The notes under the pieces were generated by a model. It made no database searches. It saw only the letters and a list, made by a program, of their open reading frames with translations, and was not told where the DNA came from. Positions 12,086 through 25,669 of a DNA stretch of 64,000 bases are shown here, piece by piece. The position numbers were made by a program, and so were the translations under genes. Source of the stretch: the human T2T-CHM13v2.0 reference genome, Homo sapiens; NCBI RefSeq assembly GCF_009914755.1, contig NC_060935.1; one strand, 5' to 3'. The stretch's first letter is position 1. Every line of letters begins with the position of its first letter.

Positions 12086-13524
12086 GGGGGAAAAAAGGAA
12101 AGGCAAGGAATAGCATCTCTGGCACCCTGGTGGAGGGAAGAGCTTGCATGCAGGGAAAGTCAACAACTGTAAGGGGTAGGGAATCCCTGAGAAGGACAGT
12201 GACTGTCAGCTCCATTTTGATGATCTCAAAAGGCAATGGTCAGCCTATTGCTTTCTATTCATGGATGCCTACCTCCCTTGCCATTCACATTTCCTAAATT
12301 ATTTCCCAGATTTGAACCTGGATCTTGTTGAATTGGAGAAGTGGGACAGACATGGTACATTTTGAAACCCAACCATTATATCCTTAAAGAGAAGTACATT
12401 TCTCCCTTCCACTTTGTTCAGTGTATGGAATATGAAATTCGTCTCCAAAAGCCCCAGAGATGACTCTATTGACTGTCCTTTAAATAGAATTAAAATTGAC
12501 TCAAGACATATCTGCGAATCTATTGAATTACATAGTCCACAATTGAGCTGCAGCTGGTCTTGCAGGAGGAAATTAAATAGACGAGGAGAGAAATAAAGTG
12601 GACAGACTGCCATTGGATGTTGAGGTTTCTTGGAGAGGGCACAGAAGGAAAAGGTTGTGTCAAATGTGAAACTTGTATCACAGCATGAGACTTTAGCTGA
12701 TCCACTGAACTGATGGGGCCAGGTAATTTTCTTCATTTATGCGAGGAAACACAGCATTCGTGATTTTGTTTTCTTCCCCTCTGACTTCAGGAAGGTGTGG
12801 AGTTTTGAATGGAAAATTCCAATATTCCATTTGTGTCATTGCACACTTATCATGTGCTGTCTCCTATGCAAGGACTGGAGACAAAGTAAGCCCGAGGTGC
12901 TCTTCGTTATCATTCATTTATTTCTTCCTCCAATCAGCACCTTTTCTTACATCTTCCCGCTTACCACCAACAGACATTTCTCCAACACTGTACTCCTGCT
13001 CAGTACTGACCAGTCCTCTAGGCTTTGGAGTTGCTGGCACAGCAAATGCCCCGCCTGAGAAGAGCTCAGCCTCCAGAGTCAGACGCAGGCCTGGGCTTGC
13101 ATGTCCTGCATTTTATAACAGAGTAGTGATGGCTTTTAGCCCATTGCACTGAATCTGGCCTGTCCCTTCCAAAGACTTATAGCACAGTGGAGAGGTGACA
13201 AGCCTGCTCCAAATATCCTTTGCCACAAGAATGGTGACTCCGCTCTGAGACAGGATGAGGACTCTACCTTATACTTTATTGCCATGTAGAAAACAAACAA
13301 CTTTCTTGTTATAGCTATTATTATTACTATTAGAAGAAATAGTAGCATTCACAGTAAACAAAGATTGATATTGGGGTTGCAGGGTGGGATGGGGGCCTGT
13401 GAAGGAGCAACCATGGACTCTCTGGGTTTGTTGTCAATTGTAGAGAGAGGGTATACTTTACCAGGGCCGCTCAGTTTAAACTCTCTGCATACCACACCAC
13501 AACTCTCACAGACTTTTCTTCTGA

Positions 13525-13720
13525 ATTTGTTCATTCAATTCAACAAATATTTGTGGAATGCTTCTGGCAAGTCAGGCACTGTTTCAGGCATTGGGCATTA
13601 AATAGCCAACAAACCTGGGATCACAACCTTGCCTTCATGAAGCTTACAGCAGCAAGTCACAGATACTAAGCAAACAATTGATTAAATAGATTGCTAATCA
13701 CAACTCTAATAAGTGCTATG
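13525..13720 (-). mobile_element. L2 3'-end fragment
   Basis: ttcattcaattcaacaaatatttgtggaatgc...caggcactgtttcaggcattggg. Confidence 0.6.
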
Positions 13721-13918
13721 ATTATCTGATTTATGCAAGAACAGGTAGAAATTCATATGGTATCTGCATGTTGTGCTTTTAGCTCCAAAAGGAACCCAAC
13801 TTAGGTAAAAGGGCTGTGTTTCCCATGAACAGGACTTTGTTGGCATCACGCTTCCTTGGAAGGGGCTCTAACATTAGCATTTTAGATTCGGTAGGTTTCA
13901 TTGCAGGAGAAGGTATAT

Positions 13919-14053
13919 TAGGGTGACCTGGTTTTCCCGGGTCTGAGAGGTTTCTCAGGACATAGAACTTTTAGTATTAAAACAGGAAAACTGAGACAGT
14001 GGGTCACCCTAGCATGATGTGTCCCCGGAAAACTGAGACAGTTGGTCACTCTA
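13919..14053. mobile_element. MER81-like hAT-Blackjack MITE with duplicated right end
   Basis: TIR TAGGGTGACC (13919) with GGTCACCCTA (14002-14011) and a second GGTCACTCTA (14044-14053). Confidence 0.7.
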
Positions 14054-15193
14054 GCATGATGCATGTGTGTGTGCATGTGTATGTGTTTATGCATACAATG
14101 CGAAGTCTCATGCGTATGTTGGGAAGTGGTCAAACGAAGCTTACTTCCAGCTATAAATGTCTTTGCTTCCTTACAAGTACCTGAAGAGTCTGTATATTCC
14201 GTAGGCTGGTTGGGAGAGCATCTCTGTAGCTTTTAGTGCATAAGGTTGAGGGTTGGGTATGATCTGCATCCACAGTGGATGTGTGGTAGCCATTGTGTGT
14301 GACATAAAACACAACCCCTCCCCATCATTTTCAGTGAATTGCGATTAAATGTAATTTCTATGGGAGCTTTGAGCCTGGTGCTAAACAGTTTAGCTGCCTT
14401 TGTGCCATACTAATCTACTGTACTTGATTGCAAATGGGCTGCCATTAGCCTTGTTTTTAGAGCTGGAAAATCTGTGTAATTGCTTAGTAATTTTTTTAAA
14501 CTTCTGAATGGCGTGTATGCATGTGTGACTGTTCAGCGCCCATCTATCTGTAGGCCATCTAATGGGTTCCAATGGGAGCGTGCACAGCATACCTCCAGCC
14601 TGGCGACTTGCAAACTCATCAGTGCTTCAGGCGTGAGTGGCATTTTAAAGGACCTTTACCATCAGCGGAATTAGCATGCACTATCCCTCTGGAGCCTGTT
14701 AGCTTTTCGGTTCTGACCCCCGTGGTGAAAAACAAACGCATGTGGTTTATTTGGAAAACAATGTCTTCAGGGCATTTGTGCGACTCTTGGTCTTGCTCTA
14801 TAGGATACATACTTTTTTGTTTCTATCAAGTCTCCAAATGGCAGTGGCCAAAATGAATATCGGTCACCCTCGTCCAGGAGGATAAGAATCATGGCGGCAC
14901 TGATCTGCCATCTCTGCCAGGGCACCGAACAGTAGCCCTTGGGCTTCTCTCACCCAGCTTCTGCAGCTTTGGTCCTCTGCTGATGTCCTCCTGTATGTGA
15001 TCACAAATCTATAGCTGGTTCCCACTGACGAGTAATGAATATTATTTGTCAAGATCAAACATTGCAGGAGTATGCTTAGTTTTTAAAAACAAATTATTTC
15101 CAAGAATGCTAAGGCCAGGAGTGGGGGCTATGCTTTACTGGACCGGGACTTCCTGGTACTACTTAGAACGTCACTCAAATTCCATTTTTTTCT

Positions 15194-15510
15194 GGTCGGG
15201 CGCTGTGGCTCATGCCTGTAATTCCAATACTTTGGGAGGCTGAGGTGGGAGGATCACTTGAGCCCAGGAGTTGGAGACCAGGCCTGGACAACATAGTGGG
15301 ATCCAGTCTCTACAAAAAATAAAAAAGAAATTCGCTGGGCATGGTGGCATGCACTTGTGGTCCCAGCTACTCTAGAGGCTGAGGTGGGAGGTTCCCTTGA
15401 ACCCACAAGGTCAAGGCTCAGATGTGAGGAGTGTGTGCAGTGAGCTGTGATTGCACCACTGCGCTCGAGCCTCTGCAATAGAGTGAGATCCTGTCTCAAA
15501 AAAAAAAAAA
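15194..15510 (+). mobile_element. AluJ with 18-nt insertion in the right arm
   Basis: ggtcgggcgctgtggctcatgcctgtaat...ggatcacttgagcccaggag; poly(A) tail. Confidence 0.92.
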
Positions 15511-16660
15511 TCACTTTCTCCTGCCAACTCACAATGCATCTTCCTCTTCTGAATTCCTAAAGTGATTGTGCTACTTATTGAGAACATTTTCATATATCGC
15601 CTTGTGTCAACTCTTTTTAACTACCAGAACCTATGCCACACCCCAGAGCCAGAGTGATTCTAAAACTGCTTGCCACCTGCCCTTCCCTCGGTCTTCTTGA
15701 GCACTAGGGTCATCCTATGCATTACAGACCTGGGCCTGATGCATGTCAGTTTCATTTCTAACTTTTCTTTCTGTTATTCATACTCCCTTGAGTGATAAAA
15801 TGATGGAGGTGAGGGGACTTATCAGATGGCAAATGTTTAAACAGTTTTGGAATCTCTTACTTACCCTGGGACAAATTCTTTACAGAATATATTTTCCCTA
15901 CAACTTTCTATGACATTAAAAAATATAAGTTATCACCAAGCTATGATTATATAGAATCTTTGTTATCCCAGAATTCATTAGTACACTAACCAAGATGGGA
16001 CTTACACATGATATCTTAGAGATTTTTGCACAGATTATAACGAAACGCTCTTTCCTGGTTTAGTATTTTTAAATGCATTTTATCAATAATTTTATTTCTT
16101 TTCCCCTCCAAGCCCCAGTGCCCCATCTGGCCTTTAGTGGAGGGAAACAGGGCTAAGATTACAATGCATCCAGATTTATATCCAAATACAATCTAGTTGC
16201 ATTTGGAGCCCCAGAGAGTCAGTCAAGGCTATTATTGGCTGCCAGGATTTTTAGAAAATACATAAATCTCCCTTTGTGCCATAAATACATTTCTGCATTC
16301 AGAGCTCAGAGAGAGACCTCATTATACCACATCCTGAGAGAGGGAGAGGCACATCTCATTCCAAATGACAGGTGACATGGTCTCTGGAAACATGCAAAAA
16401 GATTGCAAGCTAATTTAATTCCCTTCTCATTTTTAACCGTCGTTGAAATAATTGCAGCTGTGCAAATGATGGTCCATAGCCTGGAACACAGGAATTTGGG
16501 CTAGGTTATATCTAAAGTGCAGGTTGACTTTGTGACCAAGCCTCAGTGGCATAGGCCTTTGACAGCATGCCCCTGTTTGCAAATGGCCTACTGATTCATG
16601 GATGAAAGTTTGCTTACCAGTAAATGAGAGCAAGATTTATAAACCTAAAATTATTCAGCA

Positions 16661-16840
16661 TAGAGGTTCTCAATTATTGGCTGCATGTTAGAACCACCTA
16701 GGAAACTTTAAAAACTACTGAGAAGCTTGGGCCTCAACCCCATGGGTTGTGTTTTAATTGGTCTAAGGTGGGCCTTGCATTGGTGTTTGTTATGTGCTCC
16801 TTGAATGATTTTAATGAGTATCTAGGCTTGATAACCAGTG
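16661..16840. mobile_element. MER5A1/MER5B-like MITE
   Basis: gaggttctcaa...ggctgcatgttagaaccacctagg...ttgataaccagtg. Confidence 0.65.
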
Positions 16841-16848
16841 ATTTAGCA

Positions 16849-17036
16849 AAGTGGTTCTCAAATTTATCATGCATGAGAATTATCTGGAGGGTTTGGTAAA
16901 ACACAGATGGCTGGACCTTGCCCCTGGAGATTTTGACCATGTACATATTCAGTGGGGTCTGATAATTTGTGTTTCTGGCAGGTTTCTGAGTGATGCTACT
17001 GCTGCAAGTCTAGGAGTCATACTTTGAGAACCATTG
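16849..17036. mobile_element. MER5A MITE
   Basis: agtggttctcaaa...ctggagggtttggtaaaacacagatggctgg...actttgagaaccattg (TIRs). Confidence 0.75.
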
Positions 17037-18304
17037 ATGTGGTGGGTTAGGATTTTAAGGCAGTCATTCTGGTGCACATTTGGGCTGAATTATAAATTAA
17101 CTTGATAATTCCCTGCCTTCCACTTGATGTCAGCCTGTTCTATTAGTAATGATGCTAATCAAATAATTAGTCATTTTCCTAAAAATGGGCCTTCTGGAAC
17201 ATGTCTTCCCACTCTAAATATCAAAACAAAATCTCAATCTTCCAAATGTCTCTATTTCATTATGAGTTAGAGAATGAAGATGGCAAATCCTGTGCTTTTG
17301 GGAAAATGTATACATGAATTTCTCATAAAAGATGATAATGCTGAAATGCCAAAAACAGCCTTTCTGCCTTACCTAGAGCTGAAGGGATATACCTGGAATA
17401 GAAAATAATTTTCGAAGACCTGAGGTCAAGTCCTTTTGATCCTTCAGAAAACCTTAGCATCAAGCATTTAATAAGTTGAAAGAAATCTCTCTAAAATATA
17501 GAGTCTTCTAAGTCAGGGTCTTCCTCGTCTTACATGATGTTTGCCCTCTCTACCTGTTCCCATTCAGGGATCTGTGTATCAGAGTCATGACAGTCAGGGG
17601 AGCTGTTTCATGTCTTAGGGCCTCCTAATATCCGTTTAAAGTCCCTCTAGCACTCTTAATGTTGCCTAGCAGCAGGGCCTTCCAATAATAGCCATCCTTT
17701 AGCTCAGAATCATAGCTCTGATCAATGTTGTAATGTTTTCAGCAACTGGATTCCAGGGGCTATGACTCAAGGATATTTTGGAATAAAGTAGGACTCCCTC
17801 TACCTGTACCTACCAAAAGAAATTAAATAGGAAAGAAACCTGCTTCTGCAAACCAATATTAGATACCTGGGAACTGATACTCAGTTTAAAATACATTGAT
17901 TATTTTTGAGTTTCTTGACCTACTTTGCATTGGAGTCACAAAAATCATAGCAAAGAGGGCATGTTCTTTGATATTGAAGTTGTGTGTCTTGTGATCATCT
18001 CTGATGCTCTCCCACTTCCATTCAAAGGGCAGGAAGATGGACTTGAAATAACTGGGTAGCCTTATTTGGGGCTGAATGACTCACAGCTAAAATCAGATTG
18101 ATCATTAGCCACCAACCATCAGGAGGGGGAGGTTAGGCACCAGGAAGAATCCTGGGTCATTGGTTTTGTACTCCGTGTACATCTTTAGTGCAGTGACAGA
18201 GGTACAGGCTGTTTACGGCAAGTATTGTCCCTAGATGCAGGTAAGACAGACCTCTGTGGGGCTCCACACTTCAGAGCAGCCCTTCTTTTTATATTTTTCT
18301 GGAA

Positions 18305-18765
18305 TTTATTTATTTATTTATTTAAATTTGTCTTTCAATTGTTTTTGGGGCACAGGTGGTTTTTGGTTACATGGGTAAGTTCTTTAGTGGTGATTTCTGA
18401 GATTTTAGTGCACCTGTCACCTGAACAGTGTACATCATACACAATATGTAGTCTTTTATCCCTCACCCCATTCCCAATCTCACCCCCACAAGTCCCCAAA
18501 GTCCATTATATCATTCTTATGCCTTTGTGTCCTCATAGCTTAGCTCCCACTTAGAAGTGAGAACATACAATATTTGGTTTTCCATTCTTGACTTACTTCA
18601 CTTACAATAATAGTCTCTAATTTCATCTATGTTGCTGTGAATGCCATTATTTCATTCCTTTTTATGGCTGAGTAGTATTCCGTGGTGTATATATACCACA
18701 TTTTCTTTATCTACTTATTGGTTGATGGGTACTTGGGTTGGTTCCACATCTTTGCAATTGTGAAT
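18305..18765 (-). mobile_element. L1PB1-like LINE-1 3' end
   Basis: ggttacatgggtaagttctttagtggtgatttctgagatttt...cctcatagcttagctcccactt...atggctgagtagtattcc; (TTTA)n tail. Confidence 0.85.
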
Positions 18766-18899
18766 AGCAGAACAGCACTTATTAACCATCATTGTACACT
18801 GAATTCACCTGGGGATTTTGTTAAAAATGTAAGTTCTGAATCTCTTGCGTGATGTGAATGATGCTAATCTATGGACTACTTTTTGAGGAGGTAGTGAGT

Positions 18900-19481
18900 C
18901 CTACTTCTCTCTGTGGAGCAAGGAGTCTGTGGGGCAAGGGACTCAGCATACCCGGAGCCTGTACCCCTCTTTATAGATTATTCTATGGGGACCGAGGGTT
19001 CGAAAAGTCTCTGCTCAGATGTTTTTTAGCACACTTACTACACCTGAAAGGGCCTCTTCCTTGGTGTGTCTTTTGAGGATGTACTATGCCACTGATCTGC
19101 ACACTACTAGGCCTGCAGGTGACCAGGGAAGACTTTAGGCAGTGAGTGTGAATGGAACTTTGGTGTGCAGGCTAGGGGAGCCATAGACTTGTGCATGAGG
19201 TGCTTCATGTGGATCAAATCCAGAGGTAGGAAGAGAAGGGGATAGTATATGCTGGGTGCCAGTTCTCCCTTAGTGCCAGGTTGCAACAGTGGACTCAGAG
19301 AAGTCCCACAATTCTAAGCTCAAATCTGACATTTCAGGTCATTGTAAATTATGTTTATTAAGGTAGCAGAAAGAAACAGATTTTAACGAATTGTTTTTTT
19401 TTTTGTTTAAAGCTTTTAAATATTGAGACATATATGTGGTTCTCTTCTTGCATAGGGCCCCAAAATACTTAGGGTAAGTCT
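18900..19481. mobile_element. MER115-like hAT-Tip100 element
   Basis: End resembles recalled consensus: attctaagctcaaatctgac...cttttaaatattgagacata...cttgcatagggccccaaaatacttaggg. Confidence 0.5.
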
Positions 19482-19497
19482 ACTTCTGGCTGGTATA

Positions 19498-19517
19498 TGT
19501 GTGTGTGTGTGTGTGTG
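19498..19517. repeat. (TG)n microsatellite
   Basis: Read directly. Confidence 0.9.
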
Positions 19518-20249
19518 AAGTTGACATATATCCAACTGGTATTTTCCAATTCAAGAAAATAAAGTACATCCAACTGGTATTTTCTAACCTGCATACACAT
19601 CTCACATTCATTCGTAAAATGTAAGCTCATATTATTTTTTCCCTCTTCAAAATTATCCTTCTTAATTGGTCTTTAAGACTCTTATCCGAGTCACTGGCTC
19701 AAGATAACAGACTTTCTTTGTTCTCCTAAACCTCATTCTTTATTAGCTTTGTTTATTTAATATTCGGAAATTTGATTCATGTGTAGGCACAACACAAACC
19801 CAAGTTAAAACAACTGCAAAGGGAAGAGTAAATCCAGGTCCTTCTATTCTTTTTAGGGAGAGAGAGAGAGAGAGAGACCATTGAGGGTTAGAGAACCACT
19901 GTACTCTGGTTATCTGTGTTTGCAATGCTAAGCAAGTGTGCATAGCAAACAAGGAAGAGCTGACAAACCATTATGAACAAGGTAGAGGAAAGAACAGGCA
20001 GAGAACAGCTGGAAAATACCAGTGGGCCATGTTGAGATATATCCCAAACACTTAGGAATATGTCTTGTTCATCCTTGGTGCGCAGATCTACTTGTGACCA
20101 TTTTAAACAGGTTTGTTTATTCTTTTGTCTCCAAAAGTTAACCTAGGAAGCAAATTACAATCACCACATCAGCAACCCATTTCGTTTCTCATAAATATGG
20201 TAGAATTCTTGTTTACACAAGAATTCAGCAAGTCAATAAAGCAACGATA

Positions 20250-20530
20250 TTTAATTATTGTGTGATGATGACCAGCCTTAGCTGTGTTCTCGCCATATGT
20301 TAGGTATTTGATATGCATTATGTCATTTGATCCAGACAGTCATGTAGAGGCAAGTGATATTTATTCACTCTGTATGAAACAGGCTCAGAGAGGTAGACTA
20401 CCTTCAGGAAGAAGCCTCTCTTCCCCCCACTCCAAACTGTCAAGCTTCCCGAGGACAGGGACTTCTTCTTCTACTTTTGTATCCTGAAGACTGTGTTAGG
20501 CTCAATAAATACTTGCTGAATTAAATTGAA
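20250..20530. mobile_element. MIR fragment (-) followed by L2 3' end (+)
   Basis: atgaaacaggctcagagaggt; ggctcaataaatacttgctgaatt. Confidence 0.5.
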
Positions 20531-20937
20531 TTGAGAGTAGAATTTGTCTCTACTTTTTCCCTCTGGGCTTACTGACTGAGCTAATGCTTCTTCTAAATTC
20601 CTCTGAGATCTTTCTTTCTAAAGGCAGTTCCCAGGAGGGAATCAATGACTCCAGTCCCTGTGGGGAACTGATGATTTCCTAAGGATTTCTAGCACTGAGA
20701 GCTGTCCATGCTCCATCGGCATTCTGTTGTGTATCATGCAAAACCATGCTAAGGGAGAGGTCTTGTCAAAGGCAAATAAAGCCTAAATGGAAGATAAGCA
20801 GATTTTTAAAAAATTCTCTCTTGCAATGGCTATACAATAGATTATAATTGCTCCAAGTATGAAATACCTACTGCCACTCTCCTCTACCTACATAAAAAGC
20901 AAAGGTTTCTGCTTTTTCTAGTATGTATCCTTACAGC

Positions 20938-21043
20938 TACAGCCTGTGTGAGATACAGGACATCATCATCACAAAATTTGCAATTTATTTACAGGCTGTG
21001 TGAGATATAGAACATCATCATCACAAAATTTGCAATTTATTTA
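20938..21043. repeat. 52-bp tandem duplication (2 copies)
   Basis: Units start at 20938 and 20990; 49/52 identical. Confidence 0.95.
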
Positions 21044-24000
21044 AGATGTGCCAAAAAAAAAAGGAACAAAAACAGGCTGTTGCTTATCACAGAGTGGTGT
21101 TGTAAAGATTTCATGAGCTCAAGTATCAGAAACTGTCTAGCTTAGAGTCAGTCTTATAGAAAACATCATTTAATATCTAATTGCAAGTGTTCATTAATCA
21201 GAAAGGAAGCTAGACATTACCAATTAGCATAGTTGTATCAATGCATACCCATGATCATCTGCCCTGGATTTTACCCGAGTCTCAGGTCTTTGCTAGTTTA
21301 TTCATATTACTTGGATTCAATGGTTACTAAGACAAGACTAGTTAGCAATTTAAATATTTTATTGATGTAGTTCAGCTTAGCATCAAGACATGCAAAAAGG
21401 TTACTATTAATCTAGAATATTCGAAATGCATATACTGTCATTCTGAATCATTTAGGTTTCTTTTACCATCACCATTACTCTCCCACACTGCTTGATATAG
21501 AACCATCTGAAAATTTCAGGCCCAAACAGCTTAGGATAGATTCCAATATATTAAAATAAAATCTGGCTTCAAGATTCTGTTCTTCCATGTTTTAGCTGTG
21601 CAATTCTTGTTGAGCCTGATCTTTAGTTTTCTCATCATAAAATGAGAAGAATAACAGGATCAAACTCATAGAATTGTTTAAAGAGGACATAAATAAAATA
21701 TATTGGGTGAGAAAGCATTTTGTAAACTTTGGTAAAGGTGATAAAGATAGTGTCAAATTATTGTTGTAAATGACATTTGACAGAAATGATTATGCTTTTA
21801 AAGGACCTTGCTATTGTTGGAGAAGAGGTTCCAATTAAACACACACTCCTATTTTCAGTTCTTGAATTCGAGTCAGAAATTCATCTGATCTAAAGTTTAT
21901 TTGGGGGCTTGAACACTCAGACGATTTCTGTCACTAATTGGTTGATATCCCTGTGCTAAGAAGTTTCACACTTTCATAATATTTCTGGCAGGATAAAGTC
22001 TCTGAATCTGATCAGAATCATTTAGAGAATGTACACACAAAAATGTAAATTGCTTCCAGTGTTTAAAAAAACCCTCACATTTATTCAAACCTTTGAAGTG
22101 ACTATTTCTAATAAAAGATGATTCCCTTGGGAAAGCGTGAAGTTTGAAAGTTTAGTTTTGTTTGAGTTATTTGTATGCAGATATCCCTATGGGCGAAACA
22201 GAAAATAGCTATTTCCCTGCTTGTTATTGGAGGGGAAGAGAGTATATTTTCCATAAGTCAAAATAGCTGATTACATATAAGGACACTTTTTGGGGGGTTT
22301 GGTTAGCTCTGTAGCTTCTTAACAGCACCTGCCATTAATTCGCTACTCTGTTTAACACCTACCTCCTTAAGCTTCTAGACGGCAGGGGCTACACATCCTC
22401 TGGGTTATAAAATCTTTAAGGACTTAGGTTCAGTACAAGATATCCTGTGGTGGCTCCATAAATATTTATTGATGACAATGACAATAGTTAAGATGGCACC
22501 AATTAAACGGCATTATTAAGAATAAGAAGCATGAAATTAGGCCAAGTGTCTGATATTGGAAGGAGAACTGGTACTAGAATTCTTTGCTGCATTTATCTAA
22601 AAACTAAGGCAAAATATTCAACAAAAGAGCAGGTATAAGGTTTGCTTAGCCAAGATTGTCAATCAATGAGGCTCAAGTTCATTAGATAATTGCTTCTGCT
22701 GAACTCTGTGTAGAACCAAGCTCATTGAGGAATGAGCTGTACAAGTGAGTATTTTGAGTTTAGGAGTTCAACAAATGTTTGTTGAATGAATGATTAGTGA
22801 ACAAATGCTCAGTGTTGTCCATGTTTTGTCTTTTCTTTTCTATTATTCAGCCACCTGCAAAATAACCCATCAATTATTCAATCATAGAAAAACACGGACA
22901 TATGTTGTGTACTTTGTGTGTGTATAAATTTGTACATCTCCCAACTGAACCAAGTAGGTGACTTCCTAGTGACAGATCTCTGGGTAACCTTTGGGGACAT
23001 ATGAGCATACATGTTACACTCTCCTATGTAAATCACTCTTGGAGATACAGGCAGAATGTAATGGACAGAGGCAAGGTCATGAGACTACAGTTGAAAAGAA
23101 ATCCTTCAGCTTAGAGTAGCAAGGTTAAAGACAGTCTAGGTGAAAATGGATGTTTGAGGAGTGCAAGGAAATGTGGCCAGATATGAGCAAGATGGGAAAA
23201 TAATTGCCCCATTGCTAAAAAATTGATGCTGACCTCTTTCAAGAGGTCAGTATTACCTGAGACTGCTTCTCTGACCTCTGAGCCATTGTTTCACAACAGG
23301 AAGTCTAACTCTAGCCACCCAGTGCTGCAGATGTAAAGAAGTGAAAATGGCAAATAACTAGCAGGTCATTCTCCTGTCTCTGGGGAAGGAAGGCTGGTGT
23401 GTTCTTCAGTTTAGGTTTAAATTGTGTCCATGATGGAGACTGTTTTGGAGAACCACATGTCATTTACAGGACATCTAAGGTCATATGTAAATTTCCAGCT
23501 GGATTCTGTGCAGTTTCTATCAACTCTTTGCATCCTCCCCTCTTTGGTCTCACTAATCAATCCGTTTCCTCCTGGCATTGGTATACTTGGCATGTCTCAG
23601 ATACTCATCATTCAACAAGCTGCCACCCACACACACACCCCTTCTTGTAGTCTTCCCTTGGAAGCCAGCTCCTCAGTCCTCAGCAATTGTAGTGAGCGGA
23701 GCATTCCCTGAAGACTGGCAAAATGACTTTTGGCCAAATCATAGTTCGTGTCTCAGTTTGCCCCAACCCGGTAGAAGCTTTATTGATTGTTTTTTCCTTA
23801 TAAAGCACTTTGCAATTATTTAGTGAAAACAAAATAAAACAAACAACTATAATGAAACGTCCAAATAGCTGCATTGCTGCAACTGCTATTATGACAGCAC
23901 TTTAAGGAAAAGGCACCTGAACTCTGGTGACTATTTACCTTTTGAAGTTTCTATGCTTAGAAGGAACATTTTCCTTCAATGTTAATAATTAAAGTAAATT

Positions 24001-25374
24001 CCAAGTGCATAATACAGGCTCTTCAAATAAGCATATGCAGAGAGGGTTTTTAAAAAGTTTTCTTGATGACTTAGTTTTTTTTTTCTCTTTCCCTTTTTAG
24101 TATTCTATGGAGCACTCTAATCTTTGTACTACAAACAGTTCTCTTTAAGATTCAGAACTTGCCAACAGTTGGATAAGATGTAATAAAGTCTCCTGTTGTA
24201 ATAGTACCCTGCTGACACAGGCACAGATCTAAAAGGAATGGCAGAGAATTGAAGTCTTCTGGCTTTAGAAGGTTTGCATTCTTTCCCAGAAGTTGAATCC
24301 AGTATCAGGGACCTATTGCAGGTCGTTACCGTCTGTCAAGGGAAGAGAAAGTTCTAAGGTTCATTGTGTAGGAGAAGGAGTGGGGAGTTGGTAAAACACA
24401 CCCAACATAATTTCAGCTATGCTGATTAAACTTCTGATCTTGTCATTGCTGTTATTATTGGTTGATAACATAATAAAATATTTTTATCTACCAATAATAA
24501 CAGAAAAAGAAAACATGAAAGAAAGATTTAAAGCCCCAACCCTACCTTTTTCTCCTGAAAAGGAGAATGATGAGAAAATTGGTTATGGCCGGCCATCTTG
24601 GTGCTACAGTGTCCGTTAGTCCTCCCTACCGCCCCATGCTGACTGGGTTTCGAGGTTAGTATTCTGTGGCTCTCTTCTTTCTTGTCCTTTCATCCCCAGG
24701 TTGGACAATAGAAGGGACAACCATTGAGTTCTCTTCTGAGGTTGAACTACACAGATGAAATTCGGTTCAACATCTTTTCATCCAAACTAAGTTTTCCTTC
24801 TAATATTATCTACTTCCATCAAGAGAATCCTTTTCTTTCTGGTACCCACATATGAAATTGTGGTATTATCCTTGAGGTTTCAATTTCTTCATGTGTGCTA
24901 ATTAATTAAGGCCTGCCAGTTCCCCACGTTTCTCCTTCTTTTTTCTATCATTACTCTTGTCCTCCTCCTTCAGAGTTTCATGCTAGGATTATCAAGATAG
25001 TTTCCTAACCTTTTTTTTTCTCACTTTGAGTTTCTCATCCTCTAGTTCATCCTGAACACCACTACCAGCCCCTATTTCTTTCTGCTTTGTGGCCCAGTTC
25101 CCCAATGATAGACGTACAGTGGTTTTCTATAACTCATACTATGGATTTTCAGCATTCTTTTTGTCGTAGAATCCTTGTAAACAAAATATTGATACAGAAC
25201 TCAAATAAATTTTTTAAATACAGAATTTTTTGATTTAGGGAGTTCTGAGGGAGAAATCTGGGATTCCTGCTAAGGAGTTCCCCTTAGCAGCTTCTACCCT
25301 CTGGTGCCTCGGTGGTCACTGAATCCTTGCAGATCCCAATCATTCAAGATGACACAGCATGAGAATCATTGCTC

Positions 25375-25530
25375 AGCGGTGGGTCAGCAAACTTTTCATA
25401 AAGGGCAGATAGTAAATATTTTAGGCTTTGTAAGCTGCATGCCCACACTGGCTCTGCCTAACAGTTCAACAATCCATTAAAAATGTAAGAACCATTGTTA
25501 GCTCATGGCCTATATAAAAACAGGCCATTA
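25375..25530. mobile_element. MER58-family hAT-Charlie MITE
   Basis: gggtcagcaaactttt...aagggcagatagtaaatattttaggctttg. Confidence 0.7.
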
Positions 25531-25669
25531 AGAACCCACCTTCAGAGCCCCACAGAGGCATTTCTTAACCTGGTATTACTGAGACAGAGGGTGATCCTAA
25601 ACTCCTTATGGCACAAGGGGCCTTCCACAGTCTGCCCCTGAATTCCCACCACTGTATCTATGAAAGGCA

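Noticed and set aside
22767-22786. 9-bp inverted repeat TTCAACAAA-tg-TTTGTTGAA
   Set aside because: Explained by the quasi-palindromic L2 3' terminus.
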